Shown one piece after another: positions 1 to 64,000 of a stretch of 64,000 bases of DNA. Each line of letters opens with the position of its first letter. Within the stretch, counting starts at the first letter, position 1. The DNA comes from the human T2T-CHM13v2.0 reference genome, Homo sapiens. The stretch lies in NCBI RefSeq assembly GCF_009914755.1, contig NC_060940.1. One strand, 5' to 3'. Below the pieces are notes generated by a model that was not told the origin of the DNA, made no database searches, and worked only from the letters and a program-made list of their open reading frames with translations. The position numbers and the translations under genes are program-made.

Positions 1-345
1 TGCCCATCGTCTGTTTCCCCGGCCTTGCCCCCGCCCGCCCCGTGCCGTGGACATCTGGGCCCACTCATCGCCCCTCCAGGCCCCCGGCGCCCCACCCCCT
101 AGAGTGCTCTGTGTATGCGGATGATTTAGAATTGTCATTTCTCTTTACTGGATGTTTATTTATAAAGATCTGGCCTGTTCCTGCGTCTGCGGAGCGGCCC
201 TTGTCTCCCAGCTATCTATAACCTTAGCTAGAGTGTCGCCTTGTGGGTTCCTGTTGCTGAGACTTCCTGGATGGAGCCGCCCTCACCGCCGGGCCCGTGG
301 CCCTGCGCGGAGCTGTGTCCAATAAAGTTCTTGGATGTGACGGGC
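1..345 (+). other. ATP6V0C: 3' UTR end of upstream gene (V-ATPase c subunit)
   Basis: Non-coding sequence ending in AATAAA (321-326) with a GU-rich downstream element. Identity is from recalled synteny immediately upstream of AMDHD2; no CDS is in the window. Confidence 0.8.
321..326 (+). terminator. canonical poly(A) signal AATAAA
   Basis: AATAAA followed ~20 nt later by CTGTGTCTG...TTGTT. Confidence 0.85.
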
Positions 346-365
346 CTGTGTCTGCTCAGCTTGTT

Positions 366-580
366 GGGGGCGGGGGCGGGCGGGCGGGCGGGCGGGCGCC
401 GGGCGCTGCCGGTCACGTGGGCTGGCTCGATCACGTGGGCGCGGCGGTCACGTGGCGCGCCGCTTCAGTCAGCTGAAGGTCACGTGGGCGCGGTCTCAGC
501 TCTCGGCTGGGGTTCGTCACTGGGCGCGGGATTTGGCCGCCGCGGGGCTCCGGAGCCGCTCGCTCCCGACACGGCTCACG
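366..580 (+). promoter_or_regulatory. AMDHD2 CpG-island promoter: (GGGC)n GC boxes plus 4 TCACGTGG E-boxes
   Basis: GGGCGG repeats 366-398; CACGTG at 414, 432, 449 and 481; no TATA box; directly upstream of ATG 581. Confidence 0.85.
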
Positions 581-9685
<9,105 letters not shown>

Positions 9686-9831
9686 CAAGGACCTCGGCTG
9701 AGAGGACACCTGGCCGCAGCGGGATGCCATCAGGGCCGGGTGGTTGGGGAGCTGGTCTCCAGGGAGTGAGTCGGGAGCCCTGCTGGATTGATGCCCAGGG
9801 CCTGTGCGGCCGCCCTGGAGGCGGTGGCTGG

Positions 9832-9837
9832 GATAAA
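9832..9837 (+). terminator. variant poly(A) signal GATAAA (candidate proximal AMDHD2 3' end)
   Basis: No AATAAA after the stop codon; GATAAA is followed by GU-rich GGTTTTGCTTGTG at ~9869. Confidence 0.45.
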
Positions 9838-10378
9838 CGTGCACCCAGCAGGACTCGCCTTGGCTCCGGGTTTTGCTTGTGCTCACATGTGGCACCATCC
9901 TTGGTTGCCCTCCTGGAGAAGGCATTCACGGCCTGGGGTGGGATGGCTGGGCTGTAGTTTAGCCTGGGCCTTGGGCCCCAGTGGGGGACAGGGCCTGTCT
10001 GCATGAAGTGGACCGGAGACCTGCAGACCCCAGGAAAGTGTCACTATGGGAGGGAGGGGCAGGCAGTCAGTGGCTGGTGCCATGGGGTGAAGCCACCATG
10101 GGCTGGGGGTGAAGAGCCGGCAGGAAGGGGACCAGTCACAGGGAGTGTGGACAGTCAGGGGTTTGCTTTCTGCTCCTGAGTTGGGGTGTGCAGCGTGGAG
10201 CCCACAGCCTGGTTCTGGGCCAGGGCACAGTGCCAGGGGCTCCGCTCTGACCTCCAGGAGGGAGACTGGGCCCGGGACCCCTGTTTTCTGCTCCCTGGAC
10301 TGCCTAGCCCTGAGTGCCACGGATGACCAGCGTTCTGTTTTCTCTTCTCAATAACCCTATCTCTTCACACATCCCCAG

Positions 10379-10881
10379 GCCCAGTGCTTGCCGGCTGTGG
10401 TGACCCTGCCTGGTGCTGGAGGGCAGTATGGGAGGCACCAGTGTGCCCTGCTCACCCCATTAGTGTCATCCTGCCATCTTCTGTGTCCCCTTGGCCCTGG
10501 CACACACCCATGTGGCAAACACGGGCCGTGAGGCTCCCTGAACAGCTTCGAGGCGGGTGGGCTTCTGGAGCCCTCTTGGCTCTGAGGACAGCCACAGTGG
10601 GGTCAGACGTCAGGGATTGGTGCAGCCCCACGTCAGGGGTGATTGTCTTGACTTTCTCTCCATTTGAGTTCTGGGGTGGGTGGCTCCCTTCCCCCTTGCT
10701 TACAGGTGCTGTCCTGGGCACAGGAGGTACGCGCCTGGCTCTGCCACTGTTCTCTTCCCTCTGCTGCAAAGCCCAGTTAAGGAAATGTCTCCAGGTCCAA
10801 AGAGATAGGATGGTCTGGGCCCCACCTGTTGGAAGGGAACAGCCAGGGAAGAACCACCTGCCTGGGCAGGGCCTCGCCTGA
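10379..10881 (+). CDS. AMDHD2: AMDHD2 alternative terminal coding exon (long isoform)
   Basis: Internal donor TCGG|GTGAGC at 9647/9648 joins in frame to a pyrimidine-rich acceptor CCCCAG at 10378; the frame stays open to 10881. With intron 8 retained the total is 594 aa. Confidence 0.7.
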
Positions 10882-11195
10882 GGGAGGGCCTGGGGCAGGG
10901 CACAAGGGGTTGATCTCAGCCCACAAGCCCCAGGGGCAGCCCAGGAAAGCAGGCGACGGATGTGGATCCTGACCTCCTGAGAGGTGTGAGGTGCAGGGAT
11001 ACCCACCTCTGCCTTGACGGCCGCGCACCCCTTAGGAAGTGGCTGTCCAGCGCCTGCCTGTGCTGGGCCTGGGAGAGGAGCTGTCTTGCCAGGGCTCCCA
11101 GGCAGGGAGAGGCAGGTGAGGTTCTCAGCCGATGTGTTAGAGGTTGAGCATCGCCTGTGCCCAGCTTGCTGGCTGTCAGTGCTTGATGTGCCCAT
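10452..11195 (-). CDS. CEMP1: cementum protein 1 (CP-23), single-exon 247-aa ORF
   Basis: ORF MGTSSTDSQQAGHRRCSTSN...GRMTLMG recognised as the annotated CEMP1 protein. Confidence 0.85.
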   Translation of the reverse strand: MGTSSTDSQQAGHRRCSTSNTSAENLTCLSLPGSPGKTAPLPGPAQAGAGQPLPKGCAAVKAEVGIPAPHTSQEVRIHIRRLLSWAAPGACGLRSTPCALPQALPQARPCPGRWFFPGCSLPTGGAQTILSLWTWRHFLNWALQQREENSGRARRVPPVPRTAPVSKGEGSHPPQNSNGEKVKTITPDVGLHQSLTSDPTVAVLRAKRAPEAHPPRSCSGSLTARVCHMGVCQGQGDTEDGRMTLMG

Positions 11196-11494
11196 CCTCA
11201 GCTAAAACCCAGAGCTGGCATGTTGGTCATCCCCACCTCAGACGGGACGCCCAGTCCAGAGCTGGTGAGCCCTGGGCCAGCCTTTGGGCCTGGCCTGCCC
11301 CATTCACCGGCCAGCGCCCCACCTCCCTGGCTGGAGGGTCGGGGAGGGGCTGGCAGAGATGGTTGGTCCACAGGGCTAGCCCTGGGTGGTGGGAGAGGGG
11401 CCCAGGGTCAGGGTGAGAGAGAGCTGGGCCAGGGAGCTGCTGCAGGATGATTTTGAGGTGTGGGGGAAGCACTCTTGGTTGGTTTTGGTTTGCT

Positions 11495-11670
11495 TTTTAA
11501 AAATTGTGGTAAAATACATAACAAAAGTAACTATCGTAACCTGAGCAGTTCTGTGACATGAAGTGAATTCACTGCTTTGTGTGACCTTGGCCACCATCAT
11601 TCCCCACCACTCACTCCCGCTGGGCTCCCAGCCCTGCCCCACCATTCCGCTCCCTCTACAGCTATGGGTT
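11495..11670 (-). mobile_element. old L1M 3'-end remnant (supplies plus-strand AATACA at 11513)
   Basis: TTTTTAAAAATTGTGGTAAAATACATAAC...CCACCATC resembles an L1MB-type 3' end. Confidence 0.6.
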
Positions 11671-12043
11671 TTACAAAGAAGGATGCAGGGCGCCCTGACT
11701 GCGGGGTGAGGGGCAGGCCTGCCCGCGGTGTGGGCATTCGCTGAAGGGGGACGCCCAGGTGTCTGCCTGAGTTACGGGTTGGGGGGTCGGGCATGTGGGG
11801 AGGGATGGAGTTGGAGGTGCATGCTCTCAGAGCTGGTAGGGGTGGCCCGTTTCGTCCCGTGTGTGAACTGGAGATGAGACCCGGCGCCTGCGATCCCGCA
11901 GACCGCGCCCGGCCGGGTGTCACTTGTGGGCGCACGCTGCCGGGATGCTGGGCCGAGCCCGCGGTTTAAGACCCAGATCTCAGCCAGGTCCCTTTCGCCG
12001 TCCGAGCCTCTGCACCTCGTGGGCTCCGAGCACATCCAGGCCA

Positions 12044-12127
12044 GAGACTGCGTTTGGGGCGTGGGCACGGGAGACCGTCATCAGCCAGGACGCTCTCGAC
12101 CGATCCGGCCGCGCCCCGCCCAGCCTC
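12044..12127 (-). ncRNA. MIR3178: annotated miRNA hairpin mir-3178
   Basis: Reverse complement of 12101-12117 = GGGGCGCGGCCGGAUCG, the recalled mature sequence; 84-nt span closed by GAGGCUG/CAGUCUC pairing. Confidence 0.75.
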
Positions 12128-12359
12128 GTAGCGCAGGCGCTGAGTCCAGGCTGACGCGCAACTCTGGGAGCGTTGCGGCACGCGGGGCCTTGCCTACTGT
12201 GGGAGGGGCTTCTGGGGGCGGGCTTCTGTCGGGCCAATTAGGATCGCCGCAGGGAAGGCACGCGCCGCGGCTGAGCAACAGGGGCGCGCGTCACCTTCTC
12301 TAGTTAACCCGCGCGGCCCCGGGCACAGAGCCCGAGGCTGCGCGGTCCCCGGCGGGCCC

Positions 12360-12700
12360 GCGGACCCCCCCCATCTCTGCGCCCCCCACATCTCTGCGGA
12401 CCCCGCCTCGCCCCAGCCCTCCCATCCACAACCCTCACAACCTTGCATACCCCGCTACGCTCCCCACCGCGCCCTCACATTCCTGCAGACCCCGTCTCCC
12501 CACAACGCTCCCCGCCAACGCTGCGGAGCTCCGCGTCGCCCCAGCGCTCCCTGCCAAGCCCCCCACACCCCTGTAGACCCCGCCTCGCCCCAACCCTCCG
12601 AGCTGCTCCCCTTATACCCTTGCGGACCTAGTTTGTTTCGTCCCAGTCCTCCCCGTCGCGTCTCCCACATCCCTGCGGACCTCCCCGCGCCTCGCCTCTC
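12360..12700 (+). repeat. degenerate C-rich tandem repeat
   Basis: Recurring CTGCRGACCCC motif; near-identical 29-mers at ~12394 and 12571. Confidence 0.65.
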
Positions 12701-13114
12701 CCTTCTGTTACGTATCACGCACAGGTGGATCCCACTACGACCCAGCTTGGCTCCTGTCCCGCACCTCCGCACCTGGCCTCTAGCCCCGCCCTCACTGTCT
12801 TGGGAAATGAAGCGGAGGGGTGGGCCGGACACTCTAGAAGCACCCTGGCTCGGAGCTTCCCTAGCTCGGAGTTGGTTTGGAGCCCAGGCTAGGGACCCAG
12901 GGTGGGCGCAGCAGGGGAGATTGGCACCAGAAGCGTGGAGGAAGGGCACCTCTTCAGCCCGGCTTTTCCGCCCCTGGAGTCTGGGACAGCTCCGGAGCGT
13001 CCGGGTACTCCCTCCCAGACTGGCCCTGTTCCTTTTATCACATTTATGTCACACACGTTTTTTCTAAATGGGTTTACACTTTTGCTATTACTTTGCAGTT
13101 CGGTTTGTGTGTGT

Positions 13115-14395
<1,281 letters not shown>

Positions 14396-14742
14396 AATTA
14401 TCCAGCTATAAGGTCAGCTGATTAATTCGTCTCTCTATATAATAACATATTCACAGGTTGGGAGATTAAGATGAGAACATCTTTGGAGAGGACATTATTC
14501 TGCCTTTTAGAGAGAAGGGCCTAGGACAGGAATTCCCAGTGCTCAGGTTTAAAGGAAATATGATGTTCCCATCATCGGTACATGAACGTGCCCCTTTCTC
14601 TGCATTCCTACCAACACTGGATATTTTCCACTTTTGGGACTTTTAGCAGTTGTTGAGCCAGCCCATTTTACAGCGGGGATAATTGAGGTTTAAGGAGGGG
14701 AAATTACTTGCCTAAGATCTCATGCAACTTTCTGTTTCCTGA

Positions 14743-15228
<486 letters not shown>

Positions 15229-15699
15229 AGTGCTCTTGTCTTTTGAGAGCCCCCTTTTCTCTCACCTGATCTCCCTGCCCCCTATTTTCCCCTTTAGTCT
15301 CCTTTCCAGACGCTACTGAGTAGCTTCAGGGTCAGTCTAGAGATGCAATCCAGGTTGGGATCCTTGCTGGGAGAGCCCTTCCTTCCCTGGCTTTGTAACT
15401 CAGGGCCTTCTGGTGTGCACACCTGCAGGGTCCAGGCTGGGCCTGTGCTTCTAGCTTCTCTGTGTCTCTCCCTGAGATTGGAATCCTGGCTCTGTCCTCA
15501 ACTAGCTTGAAGGGGGGCCCCCAGGAATGGCCCCTTCTGGATTTCATACCCTTGTGTAACCTTGTTTCACTTTTTAAAAGATTTTATTTAAAAAGTTTTT
15601 TTTTTGTTAGAGACAGGGTCTCACTTTGTTGCCCAGGCTGCTCTCAAACACCTAGCCTCAAGCAGTGCTCCTGCCTCAGCCTCCCAAAACACGCCCGTT

Positions 15700-16152
15700 C
15701 ACTTTCTACCAGGGTTGTGTGTGACCAGCAGATGTGTTGGAAGTGATGGTGTGTCACTTCTGAGGTTAGGTCATTAAAGACGCAGCGGCTTCTATCTTGT
15801 GTGTGTTCTCTTTTTCTTGGGCCACTCGCTCTGGGGAAAGCCAGCTGCTGGGGCTTGAAAACACACACGCCTGGGAAGAGGCCGCACTGGTGAGGGACGG
15901 AGGCCTCCAGCCCACAGCTGTGGGAACGTGGGAATGAACCTTTTAGGAAGTGAATCTTTCGGCCCTGCTCTAGCCTTTAGATGACTCAGTCCTGGCAGCA
16001 TCTTGATGGCAACTTCACAAGAGAGCCTGAGCCAGACCACCCAGCCTGGCCTCTCCTGGATTCCAGACCCGCAGGAGCCATGAGTTTCTTTGTTGTTTTA
16101 CACATCAAAGTTTTGAGGCAATTTGTTACACAGCAGTATATAACTAATACAC
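15700..16152 (+). mobile_element. MLT1-type MaLR LTR remnant
   Basis: Ends in AATTTGTTACACAGCAGTATATAACTAATAC, typical of an MLT1 terminus. Confidence 0.6.
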
Positions 16153-16902
16153 CAGCTGTAGGGCTTTGGGCACGTTCCTTAGCCTCTGCACCCCCGTTTC
16201 CTCCCTCGTGCCATGAGCATTGTAGAGGCGAGTGAGGAACACGTAGACGCAGCACAGTGCCACGCACATGAGGCAGCTTTCCAGCCCCTCCCGGGATGGT
16301 TGTGGTCATTTTCTTGCCCCTCCCTGGATGGACCGTGACCTCACAACGTCAGGCCAAGTTATTGCATTCTTGGCCTGAGGTCATCCATTGGCCATAGACA
16401 GAGGTTCTCGGCAGGAAAGGGTGAGATAAAGAGAGGGGTCAGTCTCTTTCCTCCAGCCCGGGTCGGGAGAACCGTGCTGGGCCAGGTGAGACATCCGCTG
16501 TCTGTGCGGTGTCCTGGGATGAGCCACTGGACCTGACCCATGGGGAGATTTGTCTGTGTCGCCAGAGGGCGAGGGGTTTCCTGGTCTAGCTTGCCTTGGG
16601 CTTGGCCAAGCATTCTGGCTGCCACTGGGGCCCCCAGGACAACTGAGAACTGTCCTTTCTTCTTTGACCTTCAGCTGCCCCTCTCTCCCCTGTCCCCTGG
16701 TGCCTGCTCAGATGCTTTCTTCTTGTGACCCTTGACCCTTGGCCCTTGGCCCCTGCCCCGAGGCTCCTCCACCCTGGGCTCCGTGTTCTAGAGTTCACTG
16801 TGTACTAGTTCCTCAAGCTGTTTGTCCTTCACTGCTTCCGATTTTTCTGTGCATTACTCAAGAACTGCATGGGCATGTGTCAGTATAAAAAAAAATAAAG
16901 TT

Positions 16903-17660
<758 letters not shown>

Positions 17661-18265
17661 TGAATGTGACTTGATAGCCCAGATTTCCTTCCGTGAACGC
17701 TTGTTAGTTGTGAAACTAGCAAAGTTGCGCCTCTGAGTTTACGCAGAGCCGGCTCCGGAATCCGAGTTCCGGGTTCGAGCACAGCTCCGCCGCTACCTCG
17801 GGCGTGACCTTGGCCGGAGCCTGGTCCCCTCTGAGCCTCAGTTTCCCGGTCTGGGATGCCGGAATGACAGCTCGCCCCCTGCCCCGCCCAGCCCCGCCCA
17901 GCCCCGCCCCGCAGGCCCTGGGATTGGTTCGCGCGAGGTCCCCCTCCCCAGGCGGGGTCGGGCCTCTCCCGCCCGCCAGGCCCCAACCCGGAAATGCAGC
18001 TGGAGCGGAGGCGGAGCCCACTAAGGCCGCGGCGGAGCGACGATGGGCGCGGCCAATGGGCGCGGGCGTCGGCTGCGGCGCGACGGAAGTCCTGCCCGGC
18101 GCCGCGCGGGGGCGGGGCGGCGCCGGGGGCGGGGGGCGGCGGGCGACGGGGCGGGCGCAGGATGAGGGCGGCCATTGCTGGGGCTCCGCTTCGGGGAGGA
18201 GGACGCTGAGGAGGCGCCGAGCCGCGCAGCGCTGCGGGGGAGGCGCCCGCGCCGACGCGGGGCCC

Positions 18266-63742
<45,477 letters not shown>

Positions 63743-64000
63743 GTAAGCTGGCCGGGATGGCGGGCGAGGCAGGTGGCACTGGGTCCTCCGTGCACTGGGC
63801 TTCATGCCCGTGCGCCAGACCCACGTGTGATTTGTAGCCGAAAGGGGAGGGTGTCTGTGCCACTGCGGCAGGCCTGCTGGTGGTTGTAGTCTTTGCTGCC
63901 GTGAGGCAGTGGCGGGTGAGGTGCTGGGTGGGTCATTTTCTCCTCATTTCCGTGGCCGTGGACAGGCTAGTGAGTTTCCACCCACAGGGTGCCGCTAGAA

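Larger units (their letters stand above)
11700..12900. promoter_or_regulatory. CpG island between CEMP1 and PDPK1
   Basis: Dense CpG, GC boxes, CCAAT at ~12234. Confidence 0.8.

Noticed and set aside
63760-63782. CTCF-like GCAGGTGGCACTG (similar at ~53056 and ~41281)
   Set aside because: Key 5' positions mismatch; cannot be supported without a PWM scan or ChIP data.

Overview
Human (hominid) genomic DNA, GC-rich and very Alu-dense, matching the 16p13.3 gene order ATP6V0C > AMDHD2 / CEMP1 / MIR3178 > PDPK1. The window starts in the last ~345 nt of the ATP6V0C 3' UTR (AATAAA at 321). About 250 nt later is the complete AMDHD2 gene (GlcNAc-6-phosphate deacetylase): 11 coding exons, 581-9685, summing to 1230 nt = 409 aa, with an alternative last exon to 10881. 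CEMP1 is an antisense single-exon ORF (10452-11195). A CpG island carries MIR3178, followed by the PDPK1 promoter and coding exons 1-10 (18266-63742, codons 1-375; the gene continues past the window). I see no evidence of a wholly new multi-gene system. The most notable signals are regulatory or splicing-level: a textbook U12 (minor-spliceosome) intron in PDPK1; a PH-less PDPK1 read-through tail ending in a CaaX-like CWWL; antisense dual coding of AMDHD2 and CEMP1 with shared wobble positions; a 31-bp G-rich VNTR that sets the frame of AMDHD2 intron 1; and four CLEAR/E-boxes squeezed between the ATP6V0C poly(A) site and AMDHD2. Repeat boundaries are approximate, and gene names come from recognised protein sequence and synteny, not from a database search.
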